Virus record (IMG/VR): IMGVR_UViG_3300045988_179268
Location: 224,001 to 288,000 of that record
Length of the DNA: 64,000 bases
Source: a virus
Strand: one strand, 5' to 3'
Both the position numbers and the translations under genes were made by a program. The notes under the pieces were generated by a model that was not told the origin of the DNA, made no database searches, and saw only the letters and a program-made list of their open reading frames with translations. Positions 51,533 through 61,636 of the stretch are shown here, piece after piece; the stretch's first letter is position 1; each line of letters begins with the position of its first letter.

Positions 51533-53134
51533 GTGACCACCCAGCACACCACTAAGGCACTGCTGAAATACAGCCCCGGTTGGACACCCATCACGAACAC
51601 AACCAGCCTCCCCATCTGGCAACATGGTGGTTCTAACGTCATCCCTAAGAAGAAGCAACGAACCATCCAGGAACCTGATGGTGTTTGGCGTATCCCTCTT
51701 AGTGAAACCTTAAAAGACGGACGCGGAACCCTGCACACCCCTTTCACGAACGTTTGGAGCGAAGTAGACAGAAAGGTTCGCCCTGAGAATTGGCAGTACC
51801 TATCCGTTCTCTACAGTACTGCCGGAAAATACAATAAGGATAGTGGCGCAATGGAGCCAAATCCTGACGCACCCCTACCGACCGTAATTCGTGACCCTAA
51901 CGTCAATATTCCCGCCGTTTTTAGTGATGCAGAACAGGTTCTCTACAAGTATGATAATGTGTATTCACTGCCCGGATGTGTTGAAAACCTTCTAGGTGGC
52001 AACTATATCTACGGTCGAGCTACCGTAAACCCATATGAGGTTGATATGCGCAATGCAGGTTGTCGAATCTCGGGGGATGCCACTATTGAAAGCGGTGTAA
52101 TTACTAAAAACTCTATGCCACATGGAGTGTTTGACGGTCTGCCGCTAACGTCATATTCCAGCAACTCGAAGCTGTTCATTAAAGGTAAAACTGTCGTTCG
52201 CAACAGTGCCATCTACCGTGACTGCGCATTGACAGGAAATACTCTTATTGAAGACAGTTTGCTAGAGAGCGTCCACGTGACCAGTGATAATATCGACCTA
52301 CATCTCAGCGATGTAAAAATTCTGGGTGCTGATTTTGCAAGTGAAGGCAATATCGGCATCTCTGGAGCTAAGGTTAAGGGTCTTCATGCCAGGCGAGACG
52401 CAAACCTCAGCCTGTCTGGTCAGGCAAACATTGAACATGTCTGGCTTGAAGGCGGAAATGCTCACATTGAAGGAAATATTGGCTTCATGCTTAGCGCTTT
52501 TGGTGGTTCCTTCAAGCTTCGAGCAACAGCCCCCAAGGATGGTCGTGGTAGTGACTACCTTTTTGACCGCGTGAACGGATACTACATCCTGCCTCTCATG
52601 TTGTCTCAGCGCGACTTTGAATCCTGTATCCACTGGGATGATGGCTGGACTTCGCCAGAGACAGTTTTCTCTATTAATGTGCTGGGGACGCTTAACCTGA
52701 GCACTCAATTGCTACGGAAGCCGCATAATATTGAGCAGTTCTGTTGTCTGCCGGACACTCACTTGAACGACCAGTGCCGTTGCGCATTGTACTACCCGCT
52801 GTTTCTGATGTGTCACCCGATGGCTGTTACATACTTCCTTAAGACGGGCGGCTTGGATAATTCGGTTCCTGTACAGTATCAGAGCTTGTCTATTGCCCAG
52901 CTTGAAAGCAGTATGGATAACCTTATTGTTGAGGTGGGAGAGAATCTGGATATGCGCCAGTCTGTCATTCATTTTATTGGACTCATGAACGGATATGTGC
53001 CCGATATTGGAAGTGTGCAAGAGATGAAAGATACTATTTGTAAAATTTACGGTGTAGACGTTGCTGATATTGTGCGGGACAAGTGTGATTATCGACTGCC
53101 ATTGGGTCGTAACACGCGGTTTTTCCGCCGTTAG
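51533..53134 (+). CDS. beta-helix + CHCC-motif family protein (paralog 7)
   Basis: GTG after AAGGAAG and promoter at 51480-51493. Long repeat region (LTGNTLIEDS.., SGQANIEHVWLEGGNAHIEGNIGF), then QFCCLPDTHLNDQCRCALYYPLFLM. Confidence 0.8.
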   Translation: MTTQHTTKALLKYSPGWTPITNTTSLPIWQHGGSNVIPKKKQRTIQEPDGVWRIPLSETLKDGRGTLHTPFTNVWSEVDRKVRPENWQYLSVLYSTAGKYNKDSGAMEPNPDAPLPTVIRDPNVNIPAVFSDAEQVLYKYDNVYSLPGCVENLLGGNYIYGRATVNPYEVDMRNAGCRISGDATIESGVITKNSMPHGVFDGLPLTSYSSNSKLFIKGKTVVRNSAIYRDCALTGNTLIEDSLLESVHVTSDNIDLHLSDVKILGADFASEGNIGISGAKVKGLHARRDANLSLSGQANIEHVWLEGGNAHIEGNIGFMLSAFGGSFKLRATAPKDGRGSDYLFDRVNGYYILPLMLSQRDFESCIHWDDGWTSPETVFSINVLGTLNLSTQLLRKPHNIEQFCCLPDTHLNDQCRCALYYPLFLMCHPMAVTYFLKTGGLDNSVPVQYQSLSIAQLESSMDNLIVEVGENLDMRQSVIHFIGLMNGYVPDIGSVQEMKDTICKIYGVDVADIVRDKCDYRLPLGRNTRFFRR

Positions 53135-53295
53135 TAATCATGCCTGACAGTGGCATTGAATGGGGGTGTACTTGGCGACATAAATCGCCAAGTACACCCC
53201 CATTCTTAAGTATCTACCCAATCTTGCAACACTTCTAATTTGTGGTACAATAAACTTGATAAGCTATTTTTGCATTAACAAAAAGGAGAATACTA

Positions 53296-55002
53296 ATGAC
53301 TTCCACTTCAATGGACTGCCGCCACCTTATCAAGTATGCGCGAAACCTTAGCAAGAATACTCGATTCCCTGTTTTTCAGCACGCTTACCCTCAAGTAACT
53401 AAAGACATTCAGCCCTTTACCTTCGAGTCAGTCCCTAAGGAGCTTGTCTTGTCCGTTAAGGGTGATGACCTGGCTCCTAGAACTGGCCCCTACTATTATA
53501 CGGGGGAATGGTATGAGTCTAATCAGGCGCACCCATACTTTCACTACGTACTCTACGACACCCTGTTTTGGGGTAGTAGAGTTTATAATGAAGACTACTC
53601 TTACCCCTCAGTCTTTGAAGATATTGAGAAGAACCTTCCAAGCCTTCATAAGCACCTCACCATTGCTGGACGAAAGGGACGCAACACCTACTCCCTTCCG
53701 CCGGAAGTCTCTAGGAATATCATTGGCGGCAATAAGATTTACGAAGATGCGAAGGTAGACCCTTTCACCGTAAACATGCGCAATGCTAGGGCGACAATTA
53801 GGGGAAAAGCATCTATTGTAAATACTACTATTAGCAATGAATCCTCTGAGGACGACTTCGAGATTCCTCGCGGCAGAACCTCTTCCGACTATAGAATCAA
53901 TATCGGTGGAGACGTTGAAATTAAGGACTCCGCTATTTATCATGGTACACAGATTGAAGCCTCTGGAATTATTGCCGGTAGCACCATTGATTCCTTTTGG
54001 CACTATGACAAATACGAGGAATACCCTAAGCTTACATTAGATGTAGCCAATAGCACCTTAAAGGGTATTGTTGCTAATAATTATGATGAAGATAATTTCC
54101 CAAACCAATCCATTAAAGTCATTGCAAAGGATGCAACTATTGATGGGGGCTCTATTAAGGGTTCTTCTTTCCTCAGCATTGAGGGCGCTAGTTGCACTGG
54201 CATAGAGGTGTGGAACAGTTCTGTATCAATCCTTACCCCTGGTGTAGCACTAAGCTCAACTTCCTTCTATGATGGGAGTAGCTTCACTCTGAGTGGCAAT
54301 TTTTCATCATTCTGTACGTCATTCTATGGTGCTGGAGTTATTGATATTGAGAGCGACGACCACTGGCTACCTGGAGATAATGCATGGGGGGAGGGTCGCA
54401 AGATGGCAACCTTCAACCTGTTATACTCCGTCCCCTATCTCGCTTCCGCTATTTTTAACCAACCCATTGAAGAGATTGAGAGGCGGTTTCATGTAAATGG
54501 CGAGCTGGATACATATAACTACTCTAAGGTTTTGGAGAAGTCTATCTCGGGAACATTGCGTGCCGCACGTTCAGTTATTCAAACCGGCGCTACTATCAAT
54601 AGGTTCTGTGTTGCCCCCGATGCACACGTCTACGATGACTGCAAATGTGCGCTGTACTACCCACTTCTCCTTGAAGGTGATACAGCCGGGATTCTCTACT
54701 TCCTTAAGGTGTCAAACTTAGAGGAACATATTCCGCTCCCGTACAAGTATTTGTCGTTTGCACAGCTACGAGACATGATGACCAGCATTGTGAATGAGCG
54801 AACAGATGCGTCTTGGGATGGAAACTGGTGGGAATTGTCCTCAGAGTATTCTAAGAAAATTTCAATGCAGACTCTTAATGACACTATCCGTACACCACAG
54901 GATGTTCGCGATGCCGTGACTGGATTTTGTGGACTAACTGATTTCAGTAAACTTGTTGGACATGCAACGGATGGTTTCAACTTCTCCAATCTTACTGAGT
55001 GA
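53296..55002 (+). CDS. beta-helix + CHCC-motif family protein (paralog 8)
   Basis: RBS AAAGGAGAA and promoter at 53224-53251. Repeats, then RFCVAPDAHVYDDCKCALYYPLLLE. The stop is TGA, with TAA four codons later. Confidence 0.8.
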   Translation: MTSTSMDCRHLIKYARNLSKNTRFPVFQHAYPQVTKDIQPFTFESVPKELVLSVKGDDLAPRTGPYYYTGEWYESNQAHPYFHYVLYDTLFWGSRVYNEDYSYPSVFEDIEKNLPSLHKHLTIAGRKGRNTYSLPPEVSRNIIGGNKIYEDAKVDPFTVNMRNARATIRGKASIVNTTISNESSEDDFEIPRGRTSSDYRINIGGDVEIKDSAIYHGTQIEASGIIAGSTIDSFWHYDKYEEYPKLTLDVANSTLKGIVANNYDEDNFPNQSIKVIAKDATIDGGSIKGSSFLSIEGASCTGIEVWNSSVSILTPGVALSSTSFYDGSSFTLSGNFSSFCTSFYGAGVIDIESDDHWLPGDNAWGEGRKMATFNLLYSVPYLASAIFNQPIEEIERRFHVNGELDTYNYSKVLEKSISGTLRAARSVIQTGATINRFCVAPDAHVYDDCKCALYYPLLLEGDTAGILYFLKVSNLEEHIPLPYKYLSFAQLRDMMTSIVNERTDASWDGNWWELSSEYSKKISMQTLNDTIRTPQDVRDAVTGFCGLTDFSKLVGHATDGFNFSNLTE

Positions 55003-55017
55003 TATGTGAGACAATAA

Positions 55018-55060
55018 CGTAAACCCGCCCATATTTTTTGGGTGGGTTTACGTTTGTTTA
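55018..55060 (+). terminator. rho-independent terminator
   Basis: GTAAACCCGCCCA..TGGGTGGGTTTAC followed by GTTTGTTT. Confidence 0.75.
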
Positions 55061-55150
55061 CCCAAAAAAATATGGGGTTGCGCAAGTTTCCTAATCTGTG
55101 GTACACTATCCATATAGCAAGCGTTGAAGTACCACAGAGAGGAAGAACCG

Positions 55151-55471
55151 ATGACCGCAAAGGACTTCACCCCCGCAATTGAAGCAGACCTCAACAACGA
55201 GGTAGCCAAAGAGGAAAGCCTGCTCCAAATCGCTACTTCCTGGGCAAACTACTGGGCTGAGAAGCTTGAAGATGCCAAGACTGCCTACGACCGCGCCCTA
55301 GAAGCAATCCAGACCGTCGGCGTACAGGCACTTGCCATTGCCCGCAAAACCTACGAGAAAGCAACCAAAAAGTTTAAGGAAGCCAAGAGCCGTGTTGAAG
55401 AGCATGTAGAAGCACTCAAAGCTCTCTACGTCCTCTATTACGAGTTCGTAACCCCTTACACCGCAAAGTAG
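55151..55471 (+). CDS. hypothetical helical protein
   Basis: ATG 55151 after GAGAGGAAG. Promoter at 55095-55107. Confidence 0.7.
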   Translation: MTAKDFTPAIEADLNNEVAKEESLLQIATSWANYWAEKLEDAKTAYDRALEAIQTVGVQALAIARKTYEKATKKFKEAKSRVEEHVEALKALYVLYYEFVTPYTAK

Positions 55472-55477
55472 CCCACA

Positions 55478-55666
55478 ATGAACTACTTCACCGCATTGTC
55501 AAACAAGCTTGACGAGGCGTACACCCTAAAGCCCGGCGAAACCTACCACGTCGAATCCGCCACTAACGCGGTCATCGCACACCTCGCCAAGGCTCAAAAG
55601 ACCTACAACCAGCTCACCCACACAGAACTAACCACCATCATTCAACGCCACATCAGCAACAGCTAA
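55478..55666 (+). CDS. hypothetical small protein
   Basis: ORF tightly packed after the previous stop. Confidence 0.55.
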   Translation: MNYFTALSNKLDEAYTLKPGETYHVESATNAVIAHLAKAQKTYNQLTHTELTTIIQRHISNS

Positions 55667-55687
55667 GACACCTACAGGAGGCACAAA

Positions 55688-55942
55688 ATGAAGATTAGTG
55701 GATACGCCATTGAACGCATTCACAAGAACATGTACCGCATTATCAACGCAGATGGTCAGCAGGTAGGCATTATCGAACGAAACAAGCAGGCATCTATCCG
55801 CCCTGGCACTGGGCGCTGGCACGCACGCGGAACCTCAAAGATTACCAGCTACAAGGGACTCACCGCACAGGGCAACAACCTTCGTGAAACACTCACCATC
55901 TTCATTGAGTGCCCTTGCCGAACCTACATCATTAGCGCCTAA
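55688..55942 (+). CDS. hypothetical small protein
   Basis: ATG after AGGAGGCACAAA. Confidence 0.65.
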   Translation: MKISGYAIERIHKNMYRIINADGQQVGIIERNKQASIRPGTGRWHARGTSKITSYKGLTAQGNNLRETLTIFIECPCRTYIISA

Positions 55943-56108
55943 TCGAGCCAATGTTGCGCCTAGTGGGAGGAACCTCACAGCCTCCCCACTAGGCGCAACT
56001 CATTAAAGATTGATATACTGGGTGATGCCTCAAGAGTAAGGCAAAACCTTTGAAGTTAAAAACGGTGACTTCGCTAGGTTCATTCACTCTAACACGAAAG
56101 GAAACAGT

Positions 56109-56717
56109 ATGTCTCATGGCTCACGTTTCATCTACACCGTAACCCAGACCAGCCCAGCTAACGAAGACAATGCGGTCGCGTCTGTTACTGTCCTCGTGAC
56201 CGACAAGCCGCATATCGGCAAGGATGGTAATGTTTCAGAGAATCAGAACCACACCGCATTACATGGAACTGCGTTCACTTTCAAGCCGCGTTCGTTCGCC
56301 GTCACGAACACATACTCTTACACCCCTAATGGTCGTAAGTACACCTTCACTCTCTTTAAGAGTGAGCCTGGCAATCGCATCGGTGGCGCAGACGGTCTGC
56401 TAGACGGCGGTATGCACAGTGGTACCGCCGCGAGTCGCTGGATTACTAACAGCACTGCCGTGCTCGAATTTGTTCGTGACTTTGTTGAAGTAAATCAGTT
56501 TGAGCTGAATACACTTATCTTGAGTAGCCGCGCTTGGGGTAAGGACAATGAGGAGTTGCTTAATGAGGCGCACACCGTGACGGGCATTTCAGTGCTTTCT
56601 GAAAATGTTCAGACGGCGTTCCTTGCAAGCCTGGAGGTTCAGTCGAATCTTGCGAACAGTCTTGTAACGAAGTATGTTGCCACGGCGCGACCTGAACTTA
56701 ATAACTCCAACGACTAA
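56109..56717 (+). CDS. hypothetical protein
   Basis: RBS GAAAGGAAA. Promoter variant TTGATATACT ending at 56019. Confidence 0.75.
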   Translation: MSHGSRFIYTVTQTSPANEDNAVASVTVLVTDKPHIGKDGNVSENQNHTALHGTAFTFKPRSFAVTNTYSYTPNGRKYTFTLFKSEPGNRIGGADGLLDGGMHSGTAASRWITNSTAVLEFVRDFVEVNQFELNTLILSSRAWGKDNEELLNEAHTVTGISVLSENVQTAFLASLEVQSNLANSLVTKYVATARPELNNSND

Positions 56718-56732
56718 AAATAGGTGCAAAGA

Positions 56733-56772
56733 AAAGGTGGAATCCCCAAATGATTTAAGGGGTTCCACCTTT
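56733..56772. terminator. bidirectional terminator between convergent genes
   Basis: AAAGGTGGAATCCCC..GGGGTTCCACCTTT flanked by A and T runs. Confidence 0.8.
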
Positions 56773-56784
56773 TCTTTTCCCTAC

Positions 56785-57408
56785 CTAAACATGTCCTTTA
56801 TTGACCCAGGTGCACATCTCCATCATATCTGGAACATGGTTGTGTGTTGCTTTGACACAGGGCTTCCCATCTAGACCTGGGCACTCCACGGAATTTGTTG
56901 CCGCCGGGCTAACTAAGCCGTGAATCTCTTTCACTAAATCTACCCACAGTGAAGGGTTGATAGTTTCCCTGTTTGCCGCATTGTTTAGGATGGCGCAGGC
57001 GGCATCATGCGGGGTAATCCCCGCTGGGAACGTGTAGGCACCCTTTACAGCATACGCATTCGCGGGGTTAGCGTCATGGTAGAGAGATAGCAGGCGCTTG
57101 TCGTCATTAGGTACACGGTCAAATACGGCTTCCAGATAACCTTGCAGATGTTCGTCATGAACAACTCTGGTGATGACTCGCGCCGTAATATTTACATCTT
57201 CACCAGCCGCCGTATGCGTGCTCAAATGGATACTTTGAGACGAAGTGACTGGCAAGTCTGTAGGTTTCAAATCTTTTGGCGCTTCACTGAGTGTCATGAC
57301 TCGGTAAAACCTTACAGGTTTACCTTCCACTTCCCGATTTTGCGGGTATGGTATAATGGTAGCCTCAATGAAAGTTGTGATGGTCATGTTGCCTGACAGT
57401 TCTTCCAT
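56785..57408 (-). CDS. hypothetical protein
   Basis: Minus-strand ORF with RBS GAAGGAG. Minus-strand promoter motif ATGCGGTACAAT at 57450-57461. Confidence 0.75.
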   Translation of the reverse strand: MEELSGNMTITTFIEATIIPYPQNREVEGKPVRFYRVMTLSEAPKDLKPTDLPVTSSQSIHLSTHTAAGEDVNITARVITRVVHDEHLQGYLEAVFDRVPNDDKRLLSLYHDANPANAYAVKGAYTFPAGITPHDAACAILNNAANRETINPSLWVDLVKEIHGLVSPAATNSVECPGLDGKPCVKATHNHVPDMMEMCTWVNKGHV

Positions 57409-57488
57409 ACCAAACTCCTTCTCTGTAGGTATTTAGGGGCTTCCCCCTTATTGTACCGCATGTAGGGAGTGCGCAACAGCAACCCTTC

Positions 57489-57606
57489 TTGCATTAATCA
57501 GCAATCTGTGTTACACTTTAGGTATGATTAACCTTTAATTCAACTCGTGCAAATTTGTATGTTTCTGTCATCTATTGTTGCAAAATTTGACGGCTTGTGT
57601 CATACT
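57489..57606 (+). promoter_or_regulatory. two tandem plus-strand promoters
   Basis: TTGCAT-17 nt-TGTGTTACACT (57489-57517) and TTGCAA-17 nt-CATACT preceded by TGTGT (57578-57606). They diverge from the minus-strand promoter at 57450-57461. Confidence 0.55.
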
Positions 57607-58089
57607 ATAAGTACGGGCTCAGAATAACCCGACGTAGTTATACGCTGTGTTATTCTGAGCCATAATCGAATCAGTGTTAAGTGTAGTTGTTGCTACCTGA
57701 GTTCTGTGGGACAGTTAAATCCATCCACCGTCCAGGTTACGGTATATCCGTGACCGCCCCATATTTTTGACGAGATGCAGATTTAGCCCATCTTCACAAG
57801 GGCACAAAAATTGGAAGTAAGGATTATTACCTTGGCTACTTGGTTCGTTTACACGTAACCCTAAGCGTTATGCGAGGGGCTAGAGGTATCGTAGGGTGCC
57901 TATAACAGATGTAAATCTGTTATAAATTAAATGCAACGGATAGTTGTTTTTGCAACAATTCGATACACCATTTAAACCTATGCGTCCTTGTAAGGTGAAA
58001 CTGAGGCACATGACCCACCCCTTACATTGAGGCACACTTAATAACTAACTTATCACAAATATACTTTTGGAAAGGATTTTTTCTTTCTC

Positions 58090-58857
58090 ATGACTGACAA
58101 CGCCAACGTCCCCCGCATTGCCCTGCACACGGAAATTCCTGCTGACGCACCACAGTCGTTCATCGACTCCATGAAGCAGATGCGTGAACTTGACGGCGCA
58201 TCCAAGGAAGCCGCCCTCAAGACCCTCGAACGCAACGGTATCACAGCACAGGAAATTGCCGCACACCTGGGCATGAGCGAAGAAGAGCTTCTGAGTGATA
58301 ATTTTGACTTCCCGCTAGATGTTTACCCTGAGCATATTGAGTCTGCTATCCGCAAGGTTCACACTCAGTATATTGGTGCAGGTACTTATAGTACCCGCAT
58401 TGGTGGTCATACTTACACTGTTGGCGGCAAGGTAACTCTCAAGGTGTTCCCGCGCAATGACCCGCATTGGCATGAAATTGACGACTGGGAAACTACTCTG
58501 GAAGCTGTCGTGTATCAGATTCGTGGTGGCGAGGTTCAGCTGATGCCCGTCATCACCTATGAGCCGGGCACTCTGGAGCTTATGGATTTTGAAGAGTGGC
58601 AGGCGCGTCAGGCTGGTTTCAGTGGCTCGCCGGTAGTCATTAAATCCGAAGCCGCGTTCAACCGTTTCGGTACCCGTAACATCGCTGTTGTTCGCTCTGA
58701 ACAGCCTCGTGAGCAGGATAAGCCGACCGTTGATGAGTTCCGCAATGCCGATTTCACGTGCCTTTTCAATATGGAAGATACTGTTTCTCCTATGGATTGG
58801 CGACGTATGCACGCTCTCAATGGGTGGATTTCCACTCAGGGTACTTATACTGAGTAG
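58090..58857 (+). CDS. hypothetical protein
   Basis: Long ORF with RBS GGAAAGGA about 20 nt upstream, preceded by a leader of about 480 nt. Confidence 0.75.
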   Translation: MTDNANVPRIALHTEIPADAPQSFIDSMKQMRELDGASKEAALKTLERNGITAQEIAAHLGMSEEELLSDNFDFPLDVYPEHIESAIRKVHTQYIGAGTYSTRIGGHTYTVGGKVTLKVFPRNDPHWHEIDDWETTLEAVVYQIRGGEVQLMPVITYEPGTLELMDFEEWQARQAGFSGSPVVIKSEAAFNRFGTRNIAVVRSEQPREQDKPTVDEFRNADFTCLFNMEDTVSPMDWRRMHALNGWISTQGTYTE

Positions 58858-58973
58858 CGGCAGAAGTTGCGCCTTTGCGCTATAAGTTTAGGGAGGCTAT
58901 CGGGCTGGATGTAATGTTTAGCTTGGTAGCCTCCCTAAACTTTTTATATGCCTCGAAAGGGTCTTTACTAACC

Positions 58974-59495
58974 ATGTCTGTAAATCCTGCTGAATATGAC
59001 GCTGAATACGCGATTGATGATGCTTATGAGACGTTGCCGTTCTCTGAGCTTGAGCTTCGCGTTGCGATGATGAGTGCCCCGTCCTACCTGTATGGAACGA
59101 TTGATTTACCTGAGCCTTTACCGTTCCCGCTGGAAGCTAACACGCTTGTACGCCCGCTACTGAATATCTCCAGCGTCAACGAAGAAATTTCGGCAGACGG
59201 TTCATACTCCATGAAATGCGACGTTACAGACATTAACACTGGTGAGGGTTTAGAAGACCTCAACGGGCATCTGCATACCCGCAATGTCGCTGACATTATT
59301 CCTCGCGCTGTAGCCCACAGTATTAACGCGCACACTAGCGAAATCCCAGGTCATTCATGGATTTACGAAAATCCCTACTGGGCACTCTACCAGCCGGAAC
59401 TTAATCGCATCCAGTTCGCTTACCCCCTTGCAGGTACTCAGACTGACCTGGACATCCCCACTTTGGAAGACTTAAACGCCGGATACGAAAGCTAA
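58974..59495 (+). CDS. hypothetical acidic protein
   Basis: Track 58875..59495. I moved the start to ATG 58974. Confidence 0.65.
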   Translation: MSVNPAEYDAEYAIDDAYETLPFSELELRVAMMSAPSYLYGTIDLPEPLPFPLEANTLVRPLLNISSVNEEISADGSYSMKCDVTDINTGEGLEDLNGHLHTRNVADIIPRAVAHSINAHTSEIPGHSWIYENPYWALYQPELNRIQFAYPLAGTQTDLDIPTLEDLNAGYES

Positions 59496-59504
59496 AGCGT
59501 CCTT

Positions 59505-59546
59505 CACACATGGAAAAGCCCCTAGAAACACCTCTCATTGAGGCTC
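59505..59546. terminator. bidirectional terminator between convergent genes
   Basis: AAAAGCCCCTAG..CTAGGGGCTTTT. Confidence 0.8.
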
Positions 59547-59580
59547 TAGGGGCTTTTCTGTGCCCTTATACAGCTTCTAC

Positions 59581-60381
59581 CTAAAACAGTGCCATGTCGG
59601 TAAAATGCTTCGTTTCAGAAGCTTCCACTGCCACATAGCCTGGGAGGGCTTCACGGACAGCAATAGGGGCATCTAGGGTATCCCACTCTTCGGCAGGATG
59701 AGTGAGGAACCAGCCAATGCGGGCAATTGACTCAGGCATCGCCATCATATCCGCCAAAGTTGAGTCCATCACATCGAACGCCTCAGTGAGAATGCGACCA
59801 AGCGGCGAGTCCGCCACCTGAGAAGGCTTGAGAGGCACAAGCGACTCAACACCCTCAGAGTCAATAAGGCGCGACAAGTCAGCATAGCCGTAACCATCAA
59901 TAAACTCAATTGCAGGCAAGAAACCTAGCATCGCATCAATACCGACAGCTGAAATTAGTTTCTTCATATGCGGGCTGACTAACAGATTCAACGTTGCCTG
60001 CTGTTCGGCTGTGAACTTACGGACACCATGCGTGAACAGTGGCGCTAGTGGGTGCGCATGGGCAGATGCGGAGATGCGCTTCAAGTCTTCAAGTCCAGTA
60101 TTCGCATTGAAAGCTTCTGCAACACCTAACGCCTCCAAAGCAAGACTGTAAGAACCGGCAGATAGTGCCGCCTTATGCCACATCCCAGGCGACATGCCGT
60201 AGTTGTCAAAGCGGCTAGTGGGCGCAGGCGGAATTTCTAGCCCATCAGGAAGCCCTAGCGTGCGGTAGACACGTCGCATATAAGAATCCCAGGGGGTAGA
60301 AGCGCAGTCCTTCAAGATGTATCGAGCGAACTGCTGGAAGTTAGGTGCTGACAACTGCATGACTTCGGGTTTTTCAGACAT
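59581..60381 (-). CDS. hypothetical protein
   Basis: Minus-strand ORF with RBS AAGGAAGGA. Confidence 0.75.
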   Translation of the reverse strand: MSEKPEVMQLSAPNFQQFARYILKDCASTPWDSYMRRVYRTLGLPDGLEIPPAPTSRFDNYGMSPGMWHKAALSAGSYSLALEALGVAEAFNANTGLEDLKRISASAHAHPLAPLFTHGVRKFTAEQQATLNLLVSPHMKKLISAVGIDAMLGFLPAIEFIDGYGYADLSRLIDSEGVESLVPLKPSQVADSPLGRILTEAFDVMDSTLADMMAMPESIARIGWFLTHPAEEWDTLDAPIAVREALPGYVAVEASETKHFTDMALF

Positions 60382-60445
60382 TTCTGTAACATCCTTCCTT
60401 AATTCTTAGTGGATTATGTTGAAGTGTTAAGTGAGATAGGCTGGT

Positions 60446-61210
60446 TTACCGGAAGAACGAAGAGCTAGTCTTGGCTTTGCCGCCAATTTCGGTTGGTAAA
60501 TTAAGGCTGGACAGGTTGTAGCGTGAGCCAGCTGTATTAGCGACTTTCTTCGCACGTTCTTGGCGACGCTTTTCTTTACGGTTCGGGACACTGACCGGGC
60601 GTGACATGTTAGCGCGGATAGCCATCTCACGCATTTCTTCCGGGGTATAATTCACAGAGCGACAACACGAGGTGAACAGCGCCACCAACATATCCGGCGG
60701 GATGGTAAGCGTAATGTCTTCCCCATCTGTAGTAAATGTGAAGTCTACCAGCCCAGGGACACCCTTCCGAGGCTTAGATGTTAGCATGTCACCATAGGTG
60801 TCCCCGATGCGGCATGTCCTATCCTTGGGTGGTGATGGTGGGTCAATCTTAATATGAGCCGTCCCGCCGCTAGACTTTAACCTCGCCTGAGTACCTTCCA
60901 CGTCTGCCACAAGCCCGCTATCAAAAGCTAAATCTCGCAACTGCCGTTCATTATACCCAGTCATGGGGATAGTTGCGGTGAAGAACGCAATAATCTGCTT
61001 CGGGTCAAGAATTACCTGCGCCGTCCTATATCTTTCTTCACCGCTATCTGTAGATGGCAGTACTTCTACGACCTCTAGAAACGCGCCGTGAATATCCCCA
61101 CCAGCCGGGGACACTAAAATCATATTTCCATTAGTGAAGGTGAACTCGATAGGTTCTCCTGCCTTGAATGGTTTACGGGCATGAATAGCCATGTGAGCCT
61201 TTCCAAACAT
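60446..61210 (-). CDS. hypothetical protein with internal domain duplication and basic tail
   Basis: Two related modules (PIEFTFTNGNMILVSP..IIAFFTA..YNERQLRDLA vs LVDFTFTTDGEDITLTIP..LVALFTS..YTPEEMREMA). C-terminus RKEKRRQERAKK. Confidence 0.75.
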   Translation of the reverse strand: MFGKAHMAIHARKPFKAGEPIEFTFTNGNMILVSPAGGDIHGAFLEVVEVLPSTDSGEERYRTAQVILDPKQIIAFFTATIPMTGYNERQLRDLAFDSGLVADVEGTQARLKSSGGTAHIKIDPPSPPKDRTCRIGDTYGDMLTSKPRKGVPGLVDFTFTTDGEDITLTIPPDMLVALFTSCCRSVNYTPEEMREMAIRANMSRPVSVPNRKEKRRQERAKKVANTAGSRYNLSSLNLPTEIGGKAKTSSSFFR

Positions 61211-61303
61211 AACAACTGTTACATAAAATTATAACAGGCCCAGGGGACAAAAACGGCGGTACGCCTGCTTTATACAGGGCGTACCGCCGTAAATATTGAG
61301 GGC

Positions 61304-61636
61304 TTACTTGGAGCCGTTAGCCTCAGCAATCTCATCCTTAGTCAGCTTAATAGCGCCGACCACCTTATTAACACTCTTCGACACCTTAGCAGTGACAGTC
61401 TTATGAGCGGGCTTAGTGATGACCTCGCCGTTTCGCGGGTTCTTGTGGTCACGCTCACCACGCAGAGCAATATCAAAGTTCACAAAGCCAAGAATCTGGA
61501 GGGGCTTACCCTCTGCCAGATGCGACTTAATGCCCTCAATCAGCTCCTTAGCGAACTTACGACCAGCGGTTAGCGAAATGCCAGCCTTCTCTGCCGCGTC
61601 ATCAACAATGGTCTGCCAAGCGTTCTTCTCAGCCAT
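61304..61636 (-). CDS. HU/IHF-family DNA-binding protein
   Basis: Start at MAEKN after GAGG. LQILGFVNFDIALRGERDHKNPRNGEVITKPAHKTV matches the HU beta-arm (R-N-P-x-x-G-E). Confidence 0.8.
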   Translation of the reverse strand: MAEKNAWQTIVDDAAEKAGISLTAGRKFAKELIEGIKSHLAEGKPLQILGFVNFDIALRGERDHKNPRNGEVITKPAHKTVTAKVSKSVNKVVGAIKLTKDEIAEANGSK

